Virus record (IMG/VR): IMGVR_UViG_3300030329_004647
Coordinates: 62,001-126,000 of that record
Length of the DNA: 64,000 bases
Direction: 5' to 3' (one strand)
Positions 18,234 to 28,123 of this stretch are shown here, piece by piece (within the stretch, counting starts at the first letter, position 1; each line of letters begins with the position of its first letter). The translations under genes were made by a program, and so were the position numbers. The notes beneath the pieces were generated by a model that was given only the letters and a program-made list of their open reading frames with translations, had not been told where the DNA came from and did no database searches.

Positions 18234-18675
18234 AAGAATCAACGTCGTCACCGAAAGTTAAGGTAACACATCTTTTACTATTCTTTTTAATTAAAATGTA
18301 CTGGCGCTCATTACAAATTAGAAGATTTTTATTTACATCCATAACAACTAAGTATTCTGGAGAACCAAGAACGTTTATTTTTTTTCTAACTATAGTTAAC
18401 AAATCTTCCATAGAATTTGTTTTTAATTTTTTTACCACACTTCCATCATAAAATTTTATAGTGTAATATTTTTTAGTTTTATAATTATCTATAAAATAAT
18501 CTTCATCGTGATAATCCACGGTAGAAAAAGAAGTGAGATAATTATCTAAAACATTGGTTAGATTATTTGGTACATTTACAGTGGTATCTATAACCTCTGG
18601 GTTGGATTGTGAATACGATATTGTTGACATCAACAACATAGTTAAAATTAGGGTGTTTTTTAGCATTTTTTTCAT
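18223..18675 (-). CDS. hypothetical secreted protein
   Basis: Signal-peptide-like N-terminus ending SYSQ; sigma-A promoter at 18703-18734. Confidence 0.7.
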   Translation of the reverse strand: MKKMLKNTLILTMLLMSTISYSQSNPEVIDTTVNVPNNLTNVLDNYLTSFSTVDYHDEDYFIDNYKTKKYYTIKFYDGSVVKKLKTNSMEDLLTIVRKKINVLGSPEYLVVMDVNKNLLICNERQYILIKKNSKRCVTLTFGDDVDSFIP

Positions 18676-18702
18676 AATTAATATTTTTTATAAGTGATAC
18701 TA

Positions 18703-18734
18703 CAAAGATAATAAAAAAATCTTAAATAAACAAA
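18703..18734 (-). promoter_or_regulatory. Bacteroidota sigma-A-type promoter
   Basis: TTTG (18734-18731), N20, TATCTTTG (18710-18703). Confidence 0.75.
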
Positions 18735-18749
18735 AGATATTTATATAAA

Positions 18750-20297
18750 GTGAAAAGTATTATACAAAAATTATTAAGAGAATCTAGTGGGTATTACGGA
18801 CACGTATTAACACAAAATTTACCTAAAGAATTGGACAATAGGTTATATACCTTATTACATATGTTAGGTGGTATGAACTTTATGGATGTTATTAAATTTG
18901 GAGAAAAGGCCAGTGAAGATGAAATTAATATTTTAACCACTAAGGTTATGCAATTTCCCTCAGAACAACATGAAATACTTAGAAATGCTGGAGGATACGA
19001 AATATTAAAAGACTCTAGTGCATACCAAGAAATTGTGGATATGATAAAATCTATAGCTTATAGAGACACTATAGATGAGTCATTAGACGACTTAAAATAC
19101 GCAGAAGAACCTAAAGAAAAACATGTTAGGAGAATGAATAGAGATTTAGGTCAGTTACACGGATTTCCCATACAAGTTTTTAAAAATATCCCACCACCTA
19201 AAAACGAATCAGAAACTACAGAAGAAGAAATCGTACATTTAGACTCTATCCCTGTGGATGAGAAATTTGTAAAAAATGCTGATGAAACTGAAGAATATTT
19301 TGAAAAGTTTCTTAAAACAAAAGGATTAGAATACCCAAAAGAAGATATAAAAATCTACCTACCAGGTGTAAGGTCTATCATCCTACAATTAAAATACTAC
19401 TACAATCGTCCTAGACCAGGACAAGTAGCAGACGCTAAAGGAATGGATTTTGACCCAGAAAGTTTAAAATCCGCCTCCACACCCTCCTACCCTTCTGGTC
19501 ACGCAACCCAAGGAAGGTTTATAGCTAGATACCTCTCAGACTTGTATCCCGAATATGAAAAAGATTTAATGAAAATAGGTGATGACATAGCTTACAGTAG
19601 AAATATGGCAAAGGTACACTACCCCAGTGATTCTGTGTTTGGAAAAGAATTGGGTGACTCATTATATCAGTATATAATAAAAAACCAACCACTCAATGAA
19701 GACGTACAATATGACAAAGAAGGATATCCCACTAATGACACAAATCCATACGTTCTTAGGTATATAACACCTAAAACTAAAAAGGCTTTATTTAAACATT
19801 GGGACTCTTTAGGTAATATGGAGTGGTCTAGTTTAAAACTTTTTGGTATAGAGGGTGAGGATGAAGCATTTGATAATATTGCTGATGTACTGTATCCACT
19901 ATTAGCAATAGAATGGTTAGGTGGTGTTGAAAATACTCCTTTAGCTAAAGAAGATTGGATGGATATTAGGAGGGGAAGACAAACGAGAATACGATATAAA
20001 ATCATACCACTTAGATTTGATTACTTATTTGATGAAAGTGAAAGGTTTGGTGAACATGGTTACTCCTGTTATGATATAAAAGTTGTAATAGATTGGGGAA
20101 CACCAGGACCAGAAGAACTTCAAATGTTAGAAGAATTGGTCCCAAAAGACAAACGAAACAAATTAATGTCTTATGGGAACTATGATGAGAACACCCTTGA
20201 ACTCATAGAACAATTATGGGAAACTACTGAGCACATAAGGGGTGATGTTGGTGTTATGCAGTTTTGTCGACTAGAAATTGAGGTTGTTAACCCTTAA
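18750..20297 (+). CDS. multi-module protein with a central PAP2 (acid phosphatase / haloperoxidase) domain
   Basis: KYYYNRPRP, PSYPSGHA and SRNMAKVHYPSD are the three PAP2 motifs. Confidence 0.85.
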   Translation: MKSIIQKLLRESSGYYGHVLTQNLPKELDNRLYTLLHMLGGMNFMDVIKFGEKASEDEINILTTKVMQFPSEQHEILRNAGGYEILKDSSAYQEIVDMIKSIAYRDTIDESLDDLKYAEEPKEKHVRRMNRDLGQLHGFPIQVFKNIPPPKNESETTEEEIVHLDSIPVDEKFVKNADETEEYFEKFLKTKGLEYPKEDIKIYLPGVRSIILQLKYYYNRPRPGQVADAKGMDFDPESLKSASTPSYPSGHATQGRFIARYLSDLYPEYEKDLMKIGDDIAYSRNMAKVHYPSDSVFGKELGDSLYQYIIKNQPLNEDVQYDKEGYPTNDTNPYVLRYITPKTKKALFKHWDSLGNMEWSSLKLFGIEGEDEAFDNIADVLYPLLAIEWLGGVENTPLAKEDWMDIRRGRQTRIRYKIIPLRFDYLFDESERFGEHGYSCYDIKVVIDWGTPGPEELQMLEELVPKDKRNKLMSYGNYDENTLELIEQLWETTEHIRGDVGVMQFCRLEIEVVNP

Positions 20298-20691
20298 ATA
20301 ACTTTTTCTTACCCCCATCATAAACATAAGCATGACCCTCAGTAATTAATTGTTGATTAATACAGATTTCTTTACCTTCCTTATCTTGAATAAAAATATC
20401 AGCTAATACTCTACCGTACTTACCAACCCCATGAGACCTTAACCTAAAATAACCAGACTTACTTGAAACCTCTTCTAGTAATTCTTTTGTTCGTTCTTTG
20501 GCTAACAAACCCTTTTTCTTTTCCTCGAGATTTCTAGTTCTTGATTCCCAAGTATCGATACCTTTAAATCTAATTCTTTTTTTAAACCAGATGTCAAATC
20601 CAACATCAATAAGAGCGTCTATGGTATCACCATCAACAACCCTGTCTAATTTTCCTCTGTAAATATATTTTTCCATAACTTGTTTACCCAA
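20287..20691 (-). CDS. thermonuclease (SNase-like) family protein
   Basis: RVVDGDTID, RIRFKGIDTWE, GKYGRVLAD; likely start ATG 20676. Confidence 0.9.
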   Translation of the reverse strand: MGKQVMEKYIYRGKLDRVVDGDTIDALIDVGFDIWFKKRIRFKGIDTWESRTRNLEEKKKGLLAKERTKELLEEVSSKSGYFRLRSHGVGKYGRVLADIFIQDKEGKEICINQQLITEGHAYVYDGGKKKLFKG

Positions 20692-20702
20692 TAAATAGTA
20701 AA

Positions 20703-21254
20703 TTACAAGTCAGAGAACTTAATACCTTTTAAATCTTTTGGAGATAGAATAGGATTAGAAATACCAAGTTTATTTAATTCCCAGTCTATATTAATAGTTT
20801 CATCATCCCACATTAAAGTTTTTTCATGGGAAGGAGAATAATATTCGTCACACTTATATAAAAAAGTTGTGTGGTTTTCTAAGGATATAAACCCATGAGC
20901 AAAACCAGGGGGAATCATAAGCATTAGTTTATTTAAAGAAGACAACTCTATTTTGAAGTGTTGCCCGAACGTTTTCGACTTTTTACGTATATCTACCACT
21001 ATGTCTATAACCGCACCATTAACAACTCTAACTAATTTTGATTGTTCTTTAGGTTTAGTTTGGAAATGAAGGCCTCTGATTACTCCTTTGTGTGAAATTG
21101 AGTGGTTGTCCTGTTTAAATTTATAGTTTACACCGATACTCTTAAAATCTTTTTTATTCCAAGACTCTAAAAATCCTCCACGCTCATCACTAAAAAAATT
21201 AGGTTTTATAACAACCAAGTCTTCAAGAGGTGTATTTATTATTTGGTACTTCAT
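20703..21254 (-). CDS. rfbC: dTDP-4-dehydrorhamnose 3,5-epimerase
   Basis: DERGGFLESWN, QDNHSISHKGVIRGLHFQ, PPGFAHGF. Confidence 0.95.
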   Translation of the reverse strand: MKYQIINTPLEDLVVIKPNFFSDERGGFLESWNKKDFKSIGVNYKFKQDNHSISHKGVIRGLHFQTKPKEQSKLVRVVNGAVIDIVVDIRKKSKTFGQHFKIELSSLNKLMLMIPPGFAHGFISLENHTTFLYKCDEYYSPSHEKTLMWDDETINIDWELNKLGISNPILSPKDLKGIKFSDL

Positions 21255-21337
21255 TATAAATTATACTTACTAATAAATTATACTTAATATGCTTGTTAAG
21301 GTAAAGTACTATAATGTCGATATATTTATATAGTGAT

Positions 21338-22123
21338 ATGGTAAACATTACAGAAATAGAAAAATATAGAATTTTAAGAAATCACAACTTACTAGTAACA
21401 GAACAAGATAAAAGTAAGTTTGAAAAAAAAGTAGACAAAGCTGGTGAAAAAGTTGAAAAAGAGAAGTATGGCGAGTTAATAGAATTCGCGTCAGATAAAG
21501 TAGTGGACGCTATGAATTTAATCAAAGGATTTGAAAAAAAAGTTAAAGGAAGGGAACCCCTACCGACCCTAAACCCAACCAGAGTATATACAGATTTAAA
21601 AAAACTAGGTGTTACAGAGTTCTTTATTTATCTTTTTAGAGACATAACTCAATACGCTTCAGTTGTAATGTTTTTAAAATCTTTTTTAACTGAAGACTGC
21701 GATACCGTAAAAAGCTCAGTACCTGAAATTGGGGAAGTAAGTATGGAGGAACTAATTAATATCATCTCTTCGGAGAATAAAGAGGTTTTTAAAATTATTA
21801 AAAAAGCTAAAAGACGATTAACACGTTTAGAAAAAAAACAATTTAGTATGGAACCTATAAAAAACCTTTATAAAAAAGTAGACAACTTTGTAAAGGTTTA
21901 TAATGAAGCCAAATCATTGGTGGAAAATAACCCTAAGTACATGGAAAAATTTGCAGAAGACACTACCTTAAGTAGTATAAGTGAATTATGGGATTCTCAG
22001 TATAGTGGTAAAGACACACACATGAAAAAGTTTTTCATAAGCTCATACTCACAATCTGCATGTGCTGGTACTGGTGATATTGCTAGTAGACGTAGACGTA
22101 GTAAAAACCCGAGGACCTTATAA
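21338..22123 (+). CDS. hypothetical protein with class A-like leader (MVNITEIEKYRILRNH...VTEQ)
   Basis: The track start at 21314 overlaps the TATTTATA motif (21323-21330); the in-frame ATG at 21338 is preferred. Confidence 0.75.
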   Translation: MVNITEIEKYRILRNHNLLVTEQDKSKFEKKVDKAGEKVEKEKYGELIEFASDKVVDAMNLIKGFEKKVKGREPLPTLNPTRVYTDLKKLGVTEFFIYLFRDITQYASVVMFLKSFLTEDCDTVKSSVPEIGEVSMEELINIISSENKEVFKIIKKAKRRLTRLEKKQFSMEPIKNLYKKVDNFVKVYNEAKSLVENNPKYMEKFAEDTTLSSISELWDSQYSGKDTHMKKFFISSYSQSACAGTGDIASRRRRSKNPRTL

Positions 22124-22135
22124 CCTCATATTAGA

Positions 22136-22741
22136 GTGTACACATATAAAACCGCATTTATTGTTATACTAACACTTATAGTAATATTTTTTATTTTTAA
22201 AAACACACAACAGTCGGATACACTACAAGAATATAAAAAAGATAAAAAACTTCTAAAAGACCAAAATCAAAATTTAAATTATCAGCTAGACTCGATTATT
22301 AAAAATTATAATGATTTATATCTTATTATCGATTCTTTGCCTTTAGGCAAACCACTAGACACCATCATATATTGTAGTGGTAAGTCTAATTATGGGTGGA
22401 GACTACATCCAGTGTTTAAACGATGGAGACATCATGACGGTGTAGATTTAGAGGGAACATTTTGGGATACAGTATACTCAACATCCCATGGGATTGTAAG
22501 AAACGCCAATTGGATGGGAGGGTATGGTAGATGTATTATTGTTGACCACGCTTTTGATTACTCAACTAGGTACGGACACCTCTATAAAATGTTCGTCAAA
22601 AAAGGAGATACAATCCATAAAGGTCAAGCGATTGGAAAAGTTGGGAACAGTGGTGTTGTAACAGGACAACATTTACATTACGAAATTAGATATGAAGACC
22701 AACATATAAACCCAGAAAAATTTTTAAGTTTTTCCAGATAG
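22136..22741 (+). CDS. M23 family metallopeptidase (peptidoglycan hydrolase) with N-terminal TM and coiled coil
   Basis: HDGVD (HxxxD), YGHL, GQHLHYEIR (HxH). Confidence 0.92.
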   Translation: MYTYKTAFIVILTLIVIFFIFKNTQQSDTLQEYKKDKKLLKDQNQNLNYQLDSIIKNYNDLYLIIDSLPLGKPLDTIIYCSGKSNYGWRLHPVFKRWRHHDGVDLEGTFWDTVYSTSHGIVRNANWMGGYGRCIIVDHAFDYSTRYGHLYKMFVKKGDTIHKGQAIGKVGNSGVVTGQHLHYEIRYEDQHINPEKFLSFSR

Positions 22742-22903
22742 TACAATATTTGGAAAATCAAAACTTAGTTGGTTTTTATTTTTATTTTTAGAACTTCTAA
22801 ATCTAATTTTTTTATTAGACAATTTAACTCTTCTAAAATGTGGAGATACCCACACACCATTTTTTCTAAAGTATCCACTAATTTCTATTTTTTGATATTT
22901 CAT
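22724..22903 (-). CDS. small basic protein (59 aa) with GYxRKNGxxVxxHxR motif
   Basis: Hand translation MKYQKIEISGYFRKNGVWVSPHFRRVKL...; below the track cutoff; TATCTTTA box at 22923-22930. Confidence 0.65.
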   Translation of the reverse strand: MKYQKIEISGYFRKNGVWVSPHFRRVKLSNKKIRFRSSKNKNKNQLSFDFPNIVLSGKT

Positions 22904-22957
22904 ATTGTATTACTGTCCATTATAAAGATATTGGTATATTTATAATAAAAAACACTC

Positions 22958-23374
22958 ATGGGAAGAAAAATTAAACTAACTGAAGAAAATTTAATAAATT
23001 TAATAGAACAAGTGATGGATGGAATGCAACCACCTATCAACTTAGAAGAACCAATTGACGAACTTCCTTTAGATGATGAGTATGTTGATGATGAAGCTTT
23101 TATAGAGGATGAAGAAGAGGAAAAAGAGGAGGAACCAATAGAGGATATAACACCTACCGTTGAACAACTTGAAGAATACATTATGCAACTAGACTCAAGA
23201 ATTAATTATATTGAAGAATTAGAAGCTGATGTTTTAGAATTTTTAAGTACACTAGTTAAAGACTTAGACAGTACTGAAGATGTAAACATTATGAGAACAA
23301 AAAGTGCTCTAAACTTTTTAGAAAATAGAGCAGACCGAAGAATATTCTATCTTAAGTCAAGAAGACTACAATAA
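22958..23374 (+). CDS. acidic protein with class B leader (MGRKIKLTEENLINLIEQ)
   Basis: Leader; TATTTATA at 22937-22944. Confidence 0.8.
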   Translation: MGRKIKLTEENLINLIEQVMDGMQPPINLEEPIDELPLDDEYVDDEAFIEDEEEEKEEEPIEDITPTVEQLEEYIMQLDSRINYIEELEADVLEFLSTLVKDLDSTEDVNIMRTKSALNFLENRADRRIFYLKSRRLQ

Positions 23375-23424
23375 TCCTATACTTTACATAATTACGTTAT
23401 ATATATAATCATAAAAATTATATT

Positions 23425-23703
23425 ATGGTTATAGAAGAAATCAAAAACTTTTTATTTGATGAGGAGAAAGGTGTTTTGGAAGTTGTTTTCGTTTTAGAAG
23501 GTGATGACCAAAATAAAAATAGATTTGGTGAAATATATGAAGAAGATATAGAACCAATTACAGACTTATATGAATCTTTGGGTTGGGAAGAAGAGGACGA
23601 ATCGTTTACAAGAGAAAGAATAGACTTAGATGTTGATAAAGTTAATTACATTTTAAGTGAGTATTACGAAACTAACCCTGAAGAATTACCTATATTAGAA
23701 TAG
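23425..23703 (+). CDS. acidic hypothetical protein
   Basis: ORF track. Confidence 0.7.
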   Translation: MVIEEIKNFLFDEEKGVLEVVFVLEGDDQNKNRFGEIYEEDIEPITDLYESLGWEEEDESFTRERIDLDVDKVNYILSEYYETNPEELPILE

Positions 23704-23761
23704 AAATCCACATATTGTCTAAGTAGTCGATATTTATTAGGTAGAATCAAACTTAATAAAA

Positions 23762-24109
23762 ATGGACCAAAATTATTTAATTAGTTTATTACAAGATATA
23801 GTGACTAATAACGCTATGGAAGAAAGATGTCCAGAAGGAATGTATTGGTGTGACGCTGATGAAATCTGTAAACCAGATTCACAAGAAATGTCAAAACTAC
23901 CCACAACAGACGAGGAGATTCCATTAGAAATGGGAGAGCAAGATGACGGTGGTGAAGCTGGAACGTCTAGTGCGGGAGAAGGTGCCGGTACAGCCTCTAT
24001 GGGAAAATGGGAGTCAGGACTAAGTAGAGGAGCAGCAAATCAACTAGGTGTTACCAAATGGGAAGATTCTTATGGTCTAACTCGAGGAAAAGCAAATCCT
24101 CTAGTGTAA
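23762..24109 (+). CDS. hypothetical protein with C-terminal KWE(S/D)xxxxxxRGxANxL repeat
   Basis: KWESGLSRGAANQL and KWEDSYGLTRGKANPL; TATTTATT at 23731-23738. Confidence 0.75.
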   Translation: MDQNYLISLLQDIVTNNAMEERCPEGMYWCDADEICKPDSQEMSKLPTTDEEIPLEMGEQDDGGEAGTSSAGEGAGTASMGKWESGLSRGAANQLGVTKWEDSYGLTRGKANPLV

Positions 24110-24139
24110 TTAGAAAGTATTTATAAAAAAAGTGTAACT

Positions 24140-26836
24140 ATGCTTAACGAACAATATAATAGAATAAAATATCTCATGGGTTATGATACCTCAAAACCCT
24201 TAACAGAACAAGCAAAAATCTTAAACACTCTACTACTAACAGAAAGTGTAAATTTTGGTACCTTCCTTAAAGGTCCGATACAGGTAATGATAAGGGAATG
24301 GGTAGGAGGATTAATGGGTGCCTTTGAAAAAGAAGTAATAGAAAAAATGGCGAAAGAACTAGGTTCTTCAGAAGCTGTAATAAGAAATTCTTTACGTAAA
24401 GCTGCGGGAGACGCAACACTAAACCCAATGGATATAAAAGTCGTATTTACTTTCGCTAGAACAGCGGGACCTAGGACAGCGGGGTTAAAAGGATTTGAAC
24501 GAGGTGCACGAGAAGCTTTTAATGATATAAACCAAGTTTTTAAAACTGGAAATATGAATGTGGCAATGAAAGAAGCTTTGGAAGTATTAGAAAACACACT
24601 AGGAAAGGAAAATATGAACTGGATGGCAGGTGGAAGTGGAAAATGGAACGGCCACCCTATGAAAAAAATGTTAGATGAGTTTAGACAGAAAAAAATCAAT
24701 ACAGACCAAAAAGTCGACGTTGATGATGGTGGTGGTAACGTTAAACCAGATGTAGACGGTAAAGTTAAAACAGATGTAGACGGTAAAACAGTATACAAAC
24801 CATCACAACGAAAACCAAAAGATGTGTTTGAAGAAGAAACAGGTCTTAAGTGGAATGAAACCTTATCCTCAAGTGCAGAGGGAGTAAAGAATAAAGGAGG
24901 GTATAACAACTTAAATACTAGTTTAAATAAAGAATCAGCAAAAGTATCACAGGTAGCTGGTTCAGGTAAATTATGGGATATATTTAAACACTCACCAGGT
25001 AACCAAGGACTAACGAAGGGTGAGGTAAAAACTATTACTAATGGAACTAAAGGTTCCAACAACTATCTAAAACAAGTGATGGAAGAAGGGTTCCCACCAA
25101 CAAAGGCACCTTATGAGGGTTATACTGGTCCTTTAAGACAATGGAATGAGTCCACGAATAGTTGGGCTAAACCAGAATATTCATCATCAGATATAGTAAA
25201 TATGTTATCTAGAAGATGGCAACAAAAACAAATATCTAGTAATAGCTTTATACAAAGCATGAAGAACAAATGGACTAAAACCATTTCAAATTTTAAAAAC
25301 GCTTCTATTGGTGGTAAATTTAGACAAATAGTTGATACAGCTCTATTAGTATTTAACACAGCCATGTTAAAAACCAATCCTATTACCAAAGTAATAATGT
25401 ATGGATTAACATGGGGAGCTTTTAGAGGTCTTAATTCTAAAATACTCAAGGGAACAATTAAAATTAGAGCTAGATATGTGATAGCTGCATATAATGTTAT
25501 GAGTCTAGCTGGGGCGTTAGATGGGTTTGATAATCTACTCACAAATATTAAGGCTCTTTTAGATGATATACCAGGTAAACGTAAAGTTGCTTTTACTGAA
25601 AATTTATACTTAAATGTACTTACCCCTGATTTTTATAGTAAATTGGTAGGTCAGAAAAGTGAAATGGAGTCTATTGTTGGTACACCAGAAGAACACGCTG
25701 CTGTAGCAAAACAAATAGCGGAAATAATATATAACGGTTCACTTAATGGTGTAACATTTTTAACTGAAAACGGATTTACACTTAAAGATATAGGGGAGAG
25801 GATAGGAAACCAATGGCCTACAAACTGTACAGTAGCTTTTGCAAGTGGTGTAGCACACCAGTTTAAAAGAGAATGGCAAAGACTAGATGGTGAAGAAAGA
25901 GAAATGTACGACGTGTTTGAACAAGTTCAAAAATTAGAATGGTGGAAAGGTCAGTCGTCTGAATATGATAAGCAATTGTTGACTAAGCTTGGTGCTATAG
26001 ATTTTCCTAGTTGGGATGACCTTGCACCAACCATTAAAAACTGGGACCTTATTGGAACGGATGTAGATGAAATTTTAGTTACAGCACAAAACGCGTATCA
26101 AACAGGAGACATTACACAACAATTAGAAAATGAGTTAAAAAAGATTGCTGAAAATGAAAAAGTACAAATGACAGCTGATTATATACAAATATACGAAACT
26201 CTAATTAGGGATTACTATGGAATGTCGTTAGAACAAAGTGACGTGACTGAAGATGAATTTATACAGAGAAAAACCAACCAACAACAGGCCATTTTCAAAT
26301 TAAGAGAATTTTTATTTGGGCCTTATATAAATTTTGGTTTTCCACTAAAATCTGAAGAAACACCATATATGTTATTTTTACCAGCAACTTGGCAAACAAT
26401 ATCACAAGGAAAAGGAGGTAAAGAATTACAAACCGATGCTTTAGATAAAAACATACAAGTTACCAGAGTTACCGACAAACCTGATAAAATTACTTTAGGG
26501 TTAAGATTGAGTGCGAGTGCTAAGGTAAATAAAATGGACCATTTACAAAGAATAAATGATGCAAAAAATAAATTTATTGGTGGTGAAAGTTACTACGACA
26601 ACTTACCATCAAAAATACAAGGATATATTTTACCAGAATTAAAAAAAGAAACAGGATTAGACAATCCTTTATTATATTTAATGGCCGCTTTAGAATCTAC
26701 CTCAAGGGAAAAAAGAAACCCACGAAATAAAATACAATTTGAAAAAAGACGTGGATATATAATAACACCCAATCCAGTTATACCAACTCAAGTTGAAGAA
26801 TCTAAAATAATTGGTTTAGCAAAATTATTACAATAA
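24140..26836 (+). CDS. large hypothetical protein with class A leader, probable internal virion protein
   Basis: MLNEQYNRIKYLMGYDTSKPLTEQ...LLTES; TATTTATA at 24118-24125. Confidence 0.8.
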   Translation: MLNEQYNRIKYLMGYDTSKPLTEQAKILNTLLLTESVNFGTFLKGPIQVMIREWVGGLMGAFEKEVIEKMAKELGSSEAVIRNSLRKAAGDATLNPMDIKVVFTFARTAGPRTAGLKGFERGAREAFNDINQVFKTGNMNVAMKEALEVLENTLGKENMNWMAGGSGKWNGHPMKKMLDEFRQKKINTDQKVDVDDGGGNVKPDVDGKVKTDVDGKTVYKPSQRKPKDVFEEETGLKWNETLSSSAEGVKNKGGYNNLNTSLNKESAKVSQVAGSGKLWDIFKHSPGNQGLTKGEVKTITNGTKGSNNYLKQVMEEGFPPTKAPYEGYTGPLRQWNESTNSWAKPEYSSSDIVNMLSRRWQQKQISSNSFIQSMKNKWTKTISNFKNASIGGKFRQIVDTALLVFNTAMLKTNPITKVIMYGLTWGAFRGLNSKILKGTIKIRARYVIAAYNVMSLAGALDGFDNLLTNIKALLDDIPGKRKVAFTENLYLNVLTPDFYSKLVGQKSEMESIVGTPEEHAAVAKQIAEIIYNGSLNGVTFLTENGFTLKDIGERIGNQWPTNCTVAFASGVAHQFKREWQRLDGEEREMYDVFEQVQKLEWWKGQSSEYDKQLLTKLGAIDFPSWDDLAPTIKNWDLIGTDVDEILVTAQNAYQTGDITQQLENELKKIAENEKVQMTADYIQIYETLIRDYYGMSLEQSDVTEDEFIQRKTNQQQAIFKLREFLFGPYINFGFPLKSEETPYMLFLPATWQTISQGKGGKELQTDALDKNIQVTRVTDKPDKITLGLRLSASAKVNKMDHLQRINDAKNKFIGGESYYDNLPSKIQGYILPELKKETGLDNPLLYLMAALESTSREKRNPRNKIQFEKRRGYIITPNPVIPTQVEESKIIGLAKLLQ

Positions 26837-28089
26837 TGCAATTAGGATTAGTTAGAGTTTTATTAGAACAGACCACCGCAGAAACTTTATGTGAAAAATA
26901 TTGGGGTAACGCAGGTAGTAAAGTGGGTTCACAACCTACAGACTGTGGAAGTTATGATGATATTGCAGGAAGAACTTCTGATGAATTCTGGAACACAAAC
27001 GGTGTGGAAAACGATGACTCAAGAAAATTGTTTCAGGAGGAATACGATAAAATTATTCAAGCTAACGCTGAGGACAAAGAAAGTTGTATTAAAGTCTTAA
27101 CCTGGTTATGGAAAGAAGAGGGATTCCAAGGATGTCCATGGGATGGGTACCAAGGGACACAAGTAGATACTGACAATGATGAAGACCAAGGAGGTTGTCC
27201 AGGTAGAACCCTAGAGGATTATTTAAACGATGGGTATGTTGAACACCAAGATAGAGGAGATTTAGAGTGTTACGGCAAAAAAGGATGTTACAAACACATT
27301 TATAAAAAATTTGATGATAACGGTTGTGAAAGCAGTCTTATCGGAGCAAAAAAAATAAAACTTTATTATAACAACCCTAAATGTGCTTGTTCTGGAGAAA
27401 GTTCTGACGGAGACGGTTCTGACAAAAAAGACAAAAAGAAAAAAGTTGCATTACAAATAGATGGTAAAATAATATTATGTGGTAAAAATAATAAAAAATG
27501 TATTAACCCATTAGCGATGTATAGTGGAAAAATTGAAGAACCATTTTCACAACAACTAAACACCATTAAAGCAAAAGTAACGGACAAAATTACTCTTGGT
27601 AGTGATAGAGGATTTCCAAACAATCCGGGACAACTTTTAGGTGGAGCACCAGAAGGTGGAATACCTAAAGGAACTTTAAGTGCTGCCATGGCTTTAAGTC
27701 ACGTTCACCCAGAAACCAAAGGACAAGAAGATATAATTGTTAGAGTACAAAACACAGACCCTAAAGTAGAACCTATCACATTTAGAGTTTATAAGGTAAA
27801 CAATCTTCCAGCAGACATATACCCAATATGGCAAAGTTATGACAATTACTGTAAAGCTCAACAAAGAAATTTATTAGCTACTGGATGGGAAGCAACAACT
27901 GAAGAGGAAGATACTTTAGGACAATCAGAGGTATTAGTAAGAATGAAATGTCCTCAAAACGGTGTACCAGTATATTGGACACAAAACCCAACTAAGAAAA
28001 ACCTAGAACAAAAAGTACAAACAATACAAAATGACACAATCCAAAAAAGTGTCACCCCCAAAGCACTTAAAATACTACAAGGTAATTAA
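26836..28089 (+). CDS. Cys-rich hypothetical protein with short leader (GLVRVLLEQ)
   Basis: TAATG coupling to the upstream ORF. Confidence 0.75.
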   Translation: MQLGLVRVLLEQTTAETLCEKYWGNAGSKVGSQPTDCGSYDDIAGRTSDEFWNTNGVENDDSRKLFQEEYDKIIQANAEDKESCIKVLTWLWKEEGFQGCPWDGYQGTQVDTDNDEDQGGCPGRTLEDYLNDGYVEHQDRGDLECYGKKGCYKHIYKKFDDNGCESSLIGAKKIKLYYNNPKCACSGESSDGDGSDKKDKKKKVALQIDGKIILCGKNNKKCINPLAMYSGKIEEPFSQQLNTIKAKVTDKITLGSDRGFPNNPGQLLGGAPEGGIPKGTLSAAMALSHVHPETKGQEDIIVRVQNTDPKVEPITFRVYKVNNLPADIYPIWQSYDNYCKAQQRNLLATGWEATTEEEDTLGQSEVLVRMKCPQNGVPVYWTQNPTKKNLEQKVQTIQNDTIQKSVTPKALKILQGN

Positions 28090-28091
28090 AT

Positions 28092-28123
28092 AAAAAAACC
28101 CAGATTTCTCTGGGTTTCTTTTT
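28092..28123. terminator. bidirectional intrinsic terminator
   Basis: AAAAAAACCCAGA-TTTC-TCTGGGTTTCTTTT directly after the tmRNA CCA end. Confidence 0.85.

Noticed and set aside
24741-24790. 24-bp tandem repeat (VKxDVDGK x2), and a 12-bp PVKT repeat near 47464
   Set aside because: Short in-frame linker duplications with no evidence of a separate function
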